This document shows, piece after piece, positions 45,789 through 54,524 of a stretch of 64,000 bases of DNA (position 1 is the first letter of the stretch; every line of letters starts with the position of its first letter). The DNA comes from Acetatifactor sp. GTDB taxonomy: Bacteria; Bacillota; Clostridia; Lachnospirales; Lachnospiraceae. The position numbers and the translations under genes were made by a program. Where the stretch lies: NCBI GenBank assembly GCA_029055435.1, contig JAIDDH010000091.1, positions 10,024-74,023 on the forward strand. The letters are read 5' to 3'. The notes beneath the pieces are model-generated. The model was not told the DNA's origin. It searched no databases and saw nothing but the letters and a program-made list of their open reading frames with translations.

Positions 45789-48002
45789 ATGGCTATTTCA
45801 GTGGAAAACGGCGTGTTCTATTTGGAGACCGCGCATACGCTTTATCAGATGAAGGTAGATTCCTTTGGGATTTTGAATCATTTGTGGTATGGGGCAAAGA
45901 CTGATTGCTGCATGGATTATCTTCTGGATTATCCCGATGTGGGATTTGCGGGCAATCTGTACGAGGCGGGGAACCGGAGAACTTATTCGTTGAACACACT
46001 GCCGCTGGAATATGCGGCGGGCGGCGCGGGAGATTACCGCGTCCCCGCCGTCTCTGTGACTCATGCGGACGGAAGCAGTGCGCTGGATCTTCGGTTCCGG
46101 GAATATCAGATCAGGAAGGGAAAGTATGGAATACCGGGCCTTCCCGCGGTGTACGCGGATGAGGACGAAGCTGAGACTCTGGAGATCATATTGCAGGACG
46201 CCTTGTCGGCGGTGGAGATAAGTCTGCTGTATGGAGTGCTTCCCCGGGCGGATGTGATCACCAGAGCTGTGCTTGTGAGGAATAACGGAGATTCCGGCAT
46301 CACGATCAACCGGGCCCACAGCCTGTGTATGGATATTCCCTACGGAGAGTGGGAATGGGTACACTTTCACGGCAGACATGTCATGGAGCGGCAGATGGAG
46401 AGGGCATCTCTGATTCATGGCATTCAGGAGAGCAGCAGTACCAGAGGAACCTCCAGTCATCAGCAGAATCCCGCCGTGCTTTTGTGCGAGAAGGATTGTA
46501 CGGAGACAAATGGCTTCTGCATGGGCGCTGTTTTTATGTACAGCGGCGGATTTCTGACACAGATTGAGAGGGATCAGTTGGATCAGGTGCGCGTCGTAAT
46601 GGGGCTGAACCCCGACACCTTCGCGTGGAAATTGGATTCGGGGGAATGCTTCTATGCGCCGGAGGTGATTTTGTCCTGCTCTGAGCACGGCATGGGAGAG
46701 CTGTCGCGTCGTTTTCATCATGTCATCCGCCATCATGTGTGCAGAGGAGAATATAAGCTCTCTGAGAGGCCGGTTCTCATCAATAACTGGGAGGCGACTT
46801 ATTTTGCCTTCGATGAAGAAAAGATTGAGCGGATCGCAGAGCAGGCCGCTGAACTTGGCATCGACATGATGGTGCTGGACGACGGGTGGTTTGGAAAGCG
46901 GGATGATGACATATCGGGGTTGGGCGACTGGTTTGTAAATGAGACAAAGCTGCCGGGAGGCCTCGGCGGACTGATCGGGCGGATCAATGGAATGGGCATG
47001 AAATTCGGCCTGTGGTTTGAGCCGGAGATGGTCTCCGAGGACAGTGAACTGTACCGTGAGCACCCGGACTGGGCGCTCCGTATTCCGGGAAGAAATCCCG
47101 TCAGGGGCAGATATCAGCTTGTCCTTGATATGTCCAGGGCGGAGGTCGTGGAGTATCTGTATCAGGTGATGAGCCGGATATTGAGAGAAAATCATATAGA
47201 ATATGTGAAATGGGATATGAACAGAAGTATCTGCGACTGGTATACGGCAGAGCTCCCGGCAGACCGTCAGGCGGAGGTGCCGCACCGATATGTTCTGGGA
47301 CTGTATGAACTGCTGGAGAGACTTACCGAGGAATTCCCTCATGTGCTGTTTGAGGGATGCAGTGGGGGCGGCGGAAGGTTTGACGCGGGAATGCTGTATT
47401 ACTGCCCGCAGATATGGTGCAGTGACAATACGGATGCCCATGACAGAACCCTGATTCAATACGGTACAAGCTTTTTCTATCCTGCTTCCACAATGGGGTC
47501 TCATGTGTCGGCGGTTCCAAACCATCAGACCGGACGTGTCACCACCCTTCAGACCCGGGGGACGGTCGCTATGGCCGGAAGTTTTGGGTATGAGCTGGAT
47601 TTGAACAGGCTGAGCGCGGAGGAGAAAGCCGAGGTCGCCTGTCAGGTGAAGGCCTACAAAGCGCATCAGGAACTCATTCACAACGGGCTTTATTACCGAT
47701 TGAGCAATCCATGGGAGGATAATATGTCCGCATGGGCGTTCGTTTCACAGGAACAGACGAAGGTATTGGTTCAGGGCGTGGTATTCCGGGCGGCGGCAAA
47801 TGTCCTGCGCCTGCGCCTCAGACTGGCCGGCCTGAAGGCGGATGCAGTATACAGGTCATCGCAGGATGGGCAGACCTACACGGGGCGGGCGCTGATGTCG
47901 GGCGGGATTCTGCTGCCGAAGCTCAAGGGGGATGATGCAGCCTTTGAGATATGTCTGGAAGAAAAAAGTTTTGCAAATGCGAAAGTTAATTTTGCAATTT
48001 GA
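45789..48002 (+). CDS. Alpha-galactosidase, glycoside hydrolase family 36
   Basis: 737 aa. ..NNWEATYFAFDE.., ..MVLDDGWFGKRDDD..GLGDW.., ..KWDMNR.., ..FEGCSGGGGRFD.. are GH36 catalytic-domain signatures. Confidence 0.9.
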   Translation: MAISVENGVFYLETAHTLYQMKVDSFGILNHLWYGAKTDCCMDYLLDYPDVGFAGNLYEAGNRRTYSLNTLPLEYAAGGAGDYRVPAVSVTHADGSSALDLRFREYQIRKGKYGIPGLPAVYADEDEAETLEIILQDALSAVEISLLYGVLPRADVITRAVLVRNNGDSGITINRAHSLCMDIPYGEWEWVHFHGRHVMERQMERASLIHGIQESSSTRGTSSHQQNPAVLLCEKDCTETNGFCMGAVFMYSGGFLTQIERDQLDQVRVVMGLNPDTFAWKLDSGECFYAPEVILSCSEHGMGELSRRFHHVIRHHVCRGEYKLSERPVLINNWEATYFAFDEEKIERIAEQAAELGIDMMVLDDGWFGKRDDDISGLGDWFVNETKLPGGLGGLIGRINGMGMKFGLWFEPEMVSEDSELYREHPDWALRIPGRNPVRGRYQLVLDMSRAEVVEYLYQVMSRILRENHIEYVKWDMNRSICDWYTAELPADRQAEVPHRYVLGLYELLERLTEEFPHVLFEGCSGGGGRFDAGMLYYCPQIWCSDNTDAHDRTLIQYGTSFFYPASTMGSHVSAVPNHQTGRVTTLQTRGTVAMAGSFGYELDLNRLSAEEKAEVACQVKAYKAHQELIHNGLYYRLSNPWEDNMSAWAFVSQEQTKVLVQGVVFRAAANVLRLRLRLAGLKADAVYRSSQDGQTYTGRALMSGGILLPKLKGDDAAFEICLEEKSFANAKVNFAI

Positions 48003-48081
48003 TTGACTATTTTTGAGCGTGTGATACAATTAATGTAATCAGTTTTATTGATGCCCGCTTCAGCGGGCAGGAGGTATGGGT

Positions 48082-48300
48082 ATGGCAGTATCATATAATG
48101 GCTTATGGAAATTATTAATTGATAAGAATATGAAAAAAATGGATTTAATTGAAGAAGTAGGAATCAGCAGTAGTACATTGGCTAAAATGAGCAAGGGGGA
48201 GACTGTATCACTGACGATATTGGAAAAAATATGCGATAAGTTAGACTGCGATTTTGGAGACATCATCAATTACGAGAAGAATAAGGCTGAGAACCAATAG
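48082..48300 (+). CDS. Small XRE-family helix-turn-helix regulator (72 aa)
   Basis: MAVSYNGLWKLLIDKNMKKMDLIEEVGISSSTLAKMSKGETVSLTILEKICDKLDC. AGGAGG lies 7 nt before ATG 48082. The track ORF starts at 48076. First gene of the AT-rich island. Confidence 0.8.
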   Translation: MAVSYNGLWKLLIDKNMKKMDLIEEVGISSSTLAKMSKGETVSLTILEKICDKLDCDFGDIINYEKNKAENQ

Positions 48301-48363
48301 TTGTAAGTCCGGATTGATTTATCGGGAAAAAGAAATTGATGAGGTTGATGGAGGTGTTCTGCA

Positions 48364-49644
48364 ATGCGATTACAGGAGCTGGCATTAATAAATTTTCAGA
48401 TATTTACAGAGGAAAAACTTGATTTAGACGGTAAAAGTACAATTATTTTCGGAATAAACGGTACCGGAAAATCAACAATATTGTCTGCAATCATTTATTT
48501 GAACCGGGTATGGATTAACCGTCTGAATCCATCACAGGGTAAGGCTTTTATGTCATTTTCTGATGACTTGATTACAGTAGACCAATCGGAGTTATTTATT
48601 CAGGGTAAGATAGAAATTGACGAGATGATTTATCCGCTGCTGAGGTGGCATGGACGAGCAAAAAAGAATCAGCGAAAAGGTATGATATCTTATCACAGCG
48701 GTTATTATGCTAAATTTACAGAAAATTTTGAACAGCTGTTTTTACAGGATGAAACGGCAAACATGCCGATTTTTGCATATTATGGCACGAACCGCTCCGT
48801 GTTGGATATTCCTGACAGAATCCGTACAAAACATGATTTTGATAAACTATCTGCTCTGGAAAGAGCAATGGAAAACAAATTGGACTTCCGTACATTTTTT
48901 GAATGGTATCGTGACCGGGAAGCGAATGAAGTAATTGAGGCGAGGGAGAGTGATGCCTTAATATACCATGATCCGTTGTTAAAATGTGTTCGCACTGCAA
49001 TAGAAGCAATGATGGGAAGTGTTACCAATTTAAGAATCAGGAGAAATCCTGTAAGAATGGTGGTAGACAAGTCCGGGAAAGAAATACGGGTCGATTTATT
49101 ATCAGACGGAGAAAAGTGTACACTCGCTATGTTTGGGGATTTGGCAAGAAGACTGGCGCTTGCCAACCCAAGTCTGGAAAATCCTTTGGAAGGCAGAGGT
49201 ATTGTATTAATTGATGAAATTGAACTGCATATGCACCCATCATGGCAAAGAAAAGTGTTAGGAATTTTAAGAGATACTTTTCCGAATATTCAATTCATTA
49301 TTACCACGCACTCTCCACAAATTTTGGGTGAAGCGGATAATAGTTATAATATTTTTGTGTTATCAGAAGGGGAAGACGGCGGATGTGAGGTCAAATCCAT
49401 AGAACGAATGGATGGTTACGACAGCAATATGATTCTTGAAAAATATATGAATACAGATTCCAAGAATGCAGCTGTAAAAGAGATGATAAGTGATATTAAT
49501 CGTCTGATCGGGCAAAAGAAATACGCTGAAGCGGAAAATTTGTTACAACGTCTGGAAGGAATTTCGGGAACTATGGATGAAGAGTGTATTCTGGCCAGGG
49601 GATTTTTAAAGAGGAGTAAGATACTGGATGAGAAGAATAAGTAG
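48364..49644 (+). CDS. ABC/SMC-type AAA ATPase, PtuA-like (Septu-like defence ATPase candidate)
   Basis: 426 aa. Walker A GINGTGKST, signature-like LSDGEK, Walker B IVLIDEIELHMHP, H-loop ITTHSP. No Toprim or other nuclease domain is evident. AT-rich. Confidence 0.75.
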   Translation: MRLQELALINFQIFTEEKLDLDGKSTIIFGINGTGKSTILSAIIYLNRVWINRLNPSQGKAFMSFSDDLITVDQSELFIQGKIEIDEMIYPLLRWHGRAKKNQRKGMISYHSGYYAKFTENFEQLFLQDETANMPIFAYYGTNRSVLDIPDRIRTKHDFDKLSALERAMENKLDFRTFFEWYRDREANEVIEARESDALIYHDPLLKCVRTAIEAMMGSVTNLRIRRNPVRMVVDKSGKEIRVDLLSDGEKCTLAMFGDLARRLALANPSLENPLEGRGIVLIDEIELHMHPSWQRKVLGILRDTFPNIQFIITTHSPQILGEADNSYNIFVLSEGEDGGCEVKSIERMDGYDSNMILEKYMNTDSKNAAVKEMISDINRLIGQKKYAEAENLLQRLEGISGTMDEECILARGFLKRSKILDEKNK

Positions 49645-50248
49645 AGAAGAAGAACCGGATTTTTGGATGGAATACAAACGATTACATCCGAAAGAACGAT
49701 ATAGCGATTTGAAAAACTCCACAGCGGGAAATGAAGTCAGGCATAATCTGCGCAGATTTCTGCTCCAGTCTCAATATGGGCTCTGTGCATACTGTTGTCG
49801 GAAAATCGGAATGGAAAATTCTTTAAATGAGCATATCAGACCCCAGTCGGTTTTTCATGATGAATCAATGAATTATGACAATATAATTGTCTCCTGCCGG
49901 ACGGAAGATGTAAATGCTACATGTGGCGTTAAAAAAGAAAATGAGTATGATGAAAATTTATTTGTATCGCCATTAGAGCAAGACTGCGAAAGTCAATTTA
50001 TCTTCTATCCAAACGGACAGATAGAGGGATTGGGAGAGCGTGGAGAATATACATGCCGCATTTTAAATTTGAATGCTTATGAATTGCAGAATGCAAGGAA
50101 GGCACAGTATAAAATATGCGAAAGCTATCATGATGCCGAGATGATACATAAGTACTTTCTTGTACCGTCCGAAGACGGAATGCTGGAAGCGTTTGCTGAC
50201 ATGATTCAATATTTTTATGAGCGCGGTGATTTTGATATTGTAACCTGA
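49628..50248 (+). CDS. HNH-like nuclease-fold protein, TIGR02646/PtuB-like
   Basis: 206 aa. Core ..YGLCAYCCRKIGMENSLNEHIRPQS...NIIVSC....C.. The start overlaps the ATPase gene by 17 nt (ATGAGAAGAATAAGTAG). Confidence 0.7.
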   Translation: MRRISREEEPDFWMEYKRLHPKERYSDLKNSTAGNEVRHNLRRFLLQSQYGLCAYCCRKIGMENSLNEHIRPQSVFHDESMNYDNIIVSCRTEDVNATCGVKKENEYDENLFVSPLEQDCESQFIFYPNGQIEGLGERGEYTCRILNLNAYELQNARKAQYKICESYHDAEMIHKYFLVPSEDGMLEAFADMIQYFYERGDFDIVT

Positions 50249-50302
50249 TAAGTTTCTTACATAAAAGGCAGAGTAGTAAAGCTATCCTTTTTTAGAAAAG
50301 AA

Positions 50303-50331
50303 TTGATAACCTGTCTGGTTTATGGTAATAT
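50303..50331 (+). promoter_or_regulatory. Sigma-A type promoter of pyrE
   Basis: TTGATA-N17-TAATAT, about 64 nt upstream of the pyrE ATG 50395. Confidence 0.4.
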
Positions 50332-50394
50332 ATAGAAAGTATCGGGGGTTCCTGAGAAGTGAATCTCTGGGAAAAAGGAGGTTTTAAGGCGGAT

Positions 50395-51069
50395 ATGGAG
50401 AGCTATAAGCAGGAATTCATTGAGTTCATGGTGGACAGTCAGGTCTTGAAGTTCGGCGAGTTCACTTTGAAGAGCGGCCGGAAATCTCCCTTTTTTATGA
50501 ATGCGGGAGCTTATGTGACGGGATCGCAGTTGAAGCGTCTGGGAGAGTATTATGCGAAAGCGATTCATGACGCTTACGGGGACGATTTCGACGTGTTGTT
50601 CGGGCCGGCTTATAAGGGGATTCCCTTAAGTGTGGCAACAACCATCGCCTACAGTGAGCTCTACGGCAGAGAGATCCGCTACTGCTCCAACCGCAAGGAG
50701 GCCAAGGATCACGGCGATGTGGGAATCCTTCTGGGCAGTAAGCTGCAGGACGGCGACCGGGTGGTGATTATAGAGGATGTGACTACTTCCGGTAAATCCA
50801 TTCAGGAGACATTTCCCATTCTCAAGGCGCAGGGTGATGTGGAGATCAAGGGTCTGATGGTGTCCCTGAACCGTATGGAGAAGGGACTTGGCGGTGAGAA
50901 GAGCGCGCTGGCGGAAATCCGGGAGACCTATGGGTTTGAGGCAAATGCCATTGTGACCATGGCAGAGGTGATTGAACATTTGTATAACAAGCCGTACAAA
51001 GGGCAGATTTATATTGATGATGCGGTGAAGGCCGCTCTGGATGAGTATTATGCAGTATACGGCGCATAG
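50395..51069 (+). CDS. pyrE: Orotate phosphoribosyltransferase
   Basis: MESYKQEFIEFMVDSQVLKFGEFTLKSGRKSPFF.., PRPP motif ..VVIIEDVTTSGKS.. The track ORF starts at GTG 50359. Confidence 0.9.
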   Translation: MESYKQEFIEFMVDSQVLKFGEFTLKSGRKSPFFMNAGAYVTGSQLKRLGEYYAKAIHDAYGDDFDVLFGPAYKGIPLSVATTIAYSELYGREIRYCSNRKEAKDHGDVGILLGSKLQDGDRVVIIEDVTTSGKSIQETFPILKAQGDVEIKGLMVSLNRMEKGLGGEKSALAEIRETYGFEANAIVTMAEVIEHLYNKPYKGQIYIDDAVKAALDEYYAVYGA

Positions 51070-51139
51070 GATACGGCACATAAAAGAGATATGACCGGCA
51101 CAATCCGGCACAAATAGAAAAGCAACGGGAGGAATGAGT

Positions 51140-51292
51140 ATGGAAGAAAAAGTGTATAGGATCATGGGTGGAACCGGAGCCTGGAATATTGTGCTTGGCA
51201 TTGTGGTGCTGGTGGTGGGAGTGGCGTCAGGTGTGCTGCTGATCATCGGAGGAGCAAAGCTTCTGGCGGGCAGGAGTAAAGTTTTATTTTGA
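51140..51292 (+). CDS. Small hydrophobic protein (50 aa), not in the ORF track
   Basis: My own translation is MEEKVYRIMGGTGAWNIVLGIVVLVVGVASGVLLIIGGAKLLAGRSKVLF. GGGAGG lies 8 nt upstream of ATG 51140, with a TGA stop at 51290-51292. Confidence 0.45.
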   Translation: MEEKVYRIMGGTGAWNIVLGIVVLVVGVASGVLLIIGGAKLLAGRSKVLF

Positions 51293-51368
51293 TGTGAGTG
51301 TATGACAGGGGCATTCCGCGGTGTGGCGACATCGGGAGTGCCCTTAAATTATGGAGGATTAGAACGGC

Positions 51369-51680
51369 GTGAAACGGAAAAACTATATCTTTACCAACAG
51401 AAAGCATTCGCCCCGGGCCATCATGTCCACGGTGTTGGGGCTGATCAGCAATGTCTCCATGGGAATCGTGCTGTATATGGCTTATCTGAGCGGCGGGAAT
51501 GTGCCCATGAGCTATGGGATGACAGGGCTTCTGGCGGCTCTTTATTCCACGGTGGGACTGATTCTGGGGATGCTGACCTTGCGGGAGAAGGATATGTTTA
51601 AATTGTTTCCTGTGTTGGGGACATTGTTGAATCTTGTGGCGCTGGGAATTTTGATATTTCTGGTGCAGCTGAGTTTATAG
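51369..51680 (+). CDS. Small membrane protein (103 aa, 3 TM)
   Basis: Track ORF with a GTG start. Hydrophobic segments ..VLGLISNVSMGIVLYMAYL.., ..LLAALYSTVGLILGML.., ..LLNLVALGILIFLV.. No family recognised with confidence. Confidence 0.5.
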   Translation: MKRKNYIFTNRKHSPRAIMSTVLGLISNVSMGIVLYMAYLSGGNVPMSYGMTGLLAALYSTVGLILGMLTLREKDMFKLFPVLGTLLNLVALGILIFLVQLSL

Positions 51681-51691
51681 GAGGCAGATTG

Positions 51692-53857
51692 ATGCAGGAG
51701 GAGAGAGAAATTTTGTGTGAGCGCCATGAGCTTGTCATGGAGCGGATACGGGAGATGAAACAGGAAATTGCGAAGGAGAAGAGCTGTGGGGAGGCGTTTG
51801 CCTCCTATTTTGACGAGGTGGCGGATTTCCTGATATGTCTGGAGGATGAGAGGAAGTTTCTGATTGGAGGAGGACTGAAGACGGCTTCTCTGGAGGAACT
51901 GCAGGCGCGTAATCAGGCATTGTATGCGGACATACTGCCCGCAAATTACGAGGGGAGCTACGCCAATCCCGACTGTGCTGTGGAGAGACTCGGAGAGAAA
52001 TTCGGAGTCATGCTTTCTTTTTTGTACTGTGAGATGCGCAGTCTGATACCTTTTGTCTATGAAGGACGGCTGGAGGAGATTGTCATTCGACTGGAGCTGT
52101 TTGTGGAGGTCTATACCGCGTTTGTCTATGCATGGCAGGAGACGGATGGACGTGGCGGAGCGCCCGGGACAGACGATGCGGGGCTGGCGGAAAATGTGCG
52201 GCAGATTCTGTACTGGTTTGTCAGCGATTACACGGAGACGGCGGTGGAGGAACATCTGAGGGAATGGCTGACGTCGGAGGATAATTTTGCCATAGACATT
52301 ATCATGAATGCAGATCTCTCGGATGTGCGGTATCTGTATGCCTACGGGGAATATGTGAGTGAGAACGAGCTGGAGCTTGCGCGGTTTATGGCAAAGCTGC
52401 CGGAGGAACAGATCAATATCATGGCGGATACCTACACGGAGGGGTACCGCAAGGGATTTGAGGTGGCAGGAAAGGATCTGTCCAAAAAGAGGACGGTGGA
52501 GATTCGCTATCGCTTAGGGTTTGAGCGCATGATGCGCCGGGCGGTGGAAAACTTTGAAAAGATGGGGCTAAAGGCGGTGTGCTATCGAGCGCCCGAAAGC
52601 ATTCTTTATAATCCGTCGATTTTTAAGGCCGGATATTACGGGGGAGAGGCCAACAGGCAGTATGATTTTGACCACAAGGACGACAAGGCGCTGTTTTTTG
52701 ACAGGAATTATCGGAATCACAAGCTGGAGGTGACCCGCACTGCCTTTGAGAAATATAAGAAGGAGGCGGCAGTACACGCAGGCCCCGCCGTGCTGGAGAC
52801 CTTCGGGGAGCGGGATTTTGAACCGCGCAACAAAAAGTATGCGCCCCGCATGAGCGAGGAGCAGAACAGTCTTTGGGTGGAATACCGCACCCGGGCCGGA
52901 GAACTGCAGCGGCAGTATATCCCCGAGGAGGAGCGCAGCTTCACCATCATCGCTTTTCCCGTGCCTGAGATACAGGAGCGCTTTGACGCCGCACTTTTAC
53001 AAAGGCTGGGCATGGAGAGCGCTGCGGAGTGCTATCGGGCCTTCTTTGAGGAGATTATCCGGGTCAACACCCTGGATTATCAGATGTACCGGGATATTCA
53101 GCAGTGCATCATCGATGTGCTGGACACTGCGGACTACTGTGAGATAACGGGCATGAAGGGGAATCGCACGAAGCTGCGGGTGAATCTGTGGAAACTTGAA
53201 AATCCTGAAAAGGAGACGATTTTTGAAAATTGTGTGGCGGATGTGAACATTCCCGTGGGTGAGGTGTTCACCTCCCCGGTGCTCGCGGGCACGGAGGGGC
53301 TGCTCCATGTGAGCCGCGTATATCTGAACGGATTGGAATACCGGAATCTTGAACTGGAATTTGAAGATGGCAAAATCAAGCGCTATAACTGCTCCAATTT
53401 TGCCACTGAGAAGGAGAATCAGGAGTTCGTCCGGGAAAATGTGCTGTTTCGGCACAAGACGCTGCCTCTGGGAGAGTTTGCCATCGGCACCAACACCACC
53501 GCCTATGTGGTGGCGGAGAAATACGGCGTGCAGGATAAGTTCCCTATTCTCATCGCGGAGAAGACGGGTCCTCATTTTGCGGTGGGGGACACCTGCTATT
53601 CCCACGCGGAGGAGGTGCGGGTGTACAATCCTGACGGAAAGGAGATCGTGGCCAAGGACAATGAGGTGGCAAGACTGCGGGATGAGGCTCCCGACAAGGC
53701 ATATTTTAACTGCCACACGGATGTCACGATTCCTTATGATGAGCTGGGAGAGCTGGCGGCGGTGCGAAAGGACGGCAGCAGGGTACTCATAATCAAAGAA
53801 GGGCGGTTTGTGCTGCCCGGCACGGAGGAATTAAACAGAGCTTTTGAAGAAGCATAA
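51692..53857 (+). CDS. M29-family (aminopeptidase T/PepS-like) metallopeptidase, long form with roughly 380-aa N-terminal extension
   Basis: The C-terminal half carries M29-like motifs ..VNIPVGEVFTSP.., ..LGEFAIGTN.., ..EKTGPHFAVGD.., ..CHTDVTIP.. AGGAGG lies 7 nt upstream of ATG 51692. Confidence 0.65.
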   Translation: MQEEREILCERHELVMERIREMKQEIAKEKSCGEAFASYFDEVADFLICLEDERKFLIGGGLKTASLEELQARNQALYADILPANYEGSYANPDCAVERLGEKFGVMLSFLYCEMRSLIPFVYEGRLEEIVIRLELFVEVYTAFVYAWQETDGRGGAPGTDDAGLAENVRQILYWFVSDYTETAVEEHLREWLTSEDNFAIDIIMNADLSDVRYLYAYGEYVSENELELARFMAKLPEEQINIMADTYTEGYRKGFEVAGKDLSKKRTVEIRYRLGFERMMRRAVENFEKMGLKAVCYRAPESILYNPSIFKAGYYGGEANRQYDFDHKDDKALFFDRNYRNHKLEVTRTAFEKYKKEAAVHAGPAVLETFGERDFEPRNKKYAPRMSEEQNSLWVEYRTRAGELQRQYIPEEERSFTIIAFPVPEIQERFDAALLQRLGMESAAECYRAFFEEIIRVNTLDYQMYRDIQQCIIDVLDTADYCEITGMKGNRTKLRVNLWKLENPEKETIFENCVADVNIPVGEVFTSPVLAGTEGLLHVSRVYLNGLEYRNLELEFEDGKIKRYNCSNFATEKENQEFVRENVLFRHKTLPLGEFAIGTNTTAYVVAEKYGVQDKFPILIAEKTGPHFAVGDTCYSHAEEVRVYNPDGKEIVAKDNEVARLRDEAPDKAYFNCHTDVTIPYDELGELAAVRKDGSRVLIIKEGRFVLPGTEELNRAFEEA

Positions 53858-53899
53858 AAAGCAATTTTTTCAGGTTACGGAAGGGGAAGGGCGAATAGA

Positions 53900-54388
53900 A
53901 TGAGACGCAGAGACAGAGAAATCGTGGATTTTGAGGAGTTAGTGGCGGTGATGCGGCGCTGCGATGTGTGCAGGCTTGCGCTGAACGCTCAGGAGGTGCC
54001 GTATATTCTGCCGCTGAATTTTGGCATGGAGGCGGAAGACGGGCAGGTCGTGCTCTATTTTCACGGAGCCGGAGAGGGAACCAAGCATGAGCTGATCGCC
54101 CGGGACAATCGGGCCAGCTTCGAGATGGACTGCGGACATACATTGATTTTGGACGATGAGAAAGGAACCTGCTCCATGGTCTATGAGAGTGTAGTGGGAC
54201 GGGGCCTGGTTGAGACAGTGAGCGATAAGGAAAAGCTGCGGGCGCTGCGGCTGATTATGGCGCACTACAGACAGGAGGATTTTCCGATTCCCCAGGAGAT
54301 GATCGCCGGAACTTGTGTGCTCAGGCTCGTTGTGAGCGAGATGAGCGGGAAGAGACGGGGGAAGCGGCCCGGAGAGAGGGAGGCATAG
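53900..54388 (+). CDS. Pyridoxamine 5'-phosphate oxidase family (FMN-binding split-barrel, NimA-like) protein
   Basis: 162 aa. MRRRDREI.D.EEL..V...CDVCRLAL......PYILPLNFG........LYFHGA.EG.K.. Confidence 0.8.
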   Translation: MRRRDREIVDFEELVAVMRRCDVCRLALNAQEVPYILPLNFGMEAEDGQVVLYFHGAGEGTKHELIARDNRASFEMDCGHTLILDDEKGTCSMVYESVVGRGLVETVSDKEKLRALRLIMAHYRQEDFPIPQEMIAGTCVLRLVVSEMSGKRRGKRPGEREA

Positions 54389-54429
54389 AGGGGAAATTTT
54401 TAATTTTTTCATAAATTTCCAGATAAATC

Positions 54430-54458
54430 TTGCATACAACATGCATATCGAGTAAACT
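54430..54458 (+). promoter_or_regulatory. Candidate promoter of the pur operon
   Basis: TTGCAT-N17-TAAACT. The spacer contains the inverted repeat TGCAT-ACAAC-ATGCA. A short hairpin GTGGT..ACCAC plus TTTT follows in the leader. Confidence 0.35.
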
Positions 54459-54524
54459 AGATATGGTGGTATAGATACCACTTTTATCGGATTTGACACA
54501 AGAAAAGAAGACGAGGAGGATATC

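Noticed and set aside
48051-48068. GCCCGC-TTCA-GCGGGC hairpin as the terminator of the alpha-galactosidase gene
   Set aside because: No U-tract follows on either strand, and the 3' arm runs straight into the AGGAGG of the HTH gene. It may still affect read-through or translation, but it cannot be called an intrinsic terminator.
50332-50394. PyrR binding loop in the pyrE leader (UUCCUGAGAAG resembles RUCCAGAGAGG)
   Set aside because: It matches only about 8 of 10 positions, there is no clear terminator/antiterminator pair, and no pyrR gene is seen in the window. This is too weak to report as a feature.
41175-50394. The whole 9-kb block between pyrF and pyrE as one genomic island
   Set aside because: Only 48.0-50.3 kb is compositionally deviant. 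The PAP2, AraC, ABC importer and GH36 genes have native-like GC content and codon usage, and pyrF and pyrE are not necessarily adjacent in Clostridia.
54389-54524. Possible purine or ZTP riboswitch in the purE leader
   Set aside because: The leader lacks the conserved purine-riboswitch loops and junction (UAUNNGG..CCUACC..CGACUA pattern). It also lacks the GGGUCGUGAC/CCGCCUGGGCA elements of ZTP. Only a short weak hairpin (GTGGT..ACCAC) plus TTTT is present, which is insufficient to call an attenuator.
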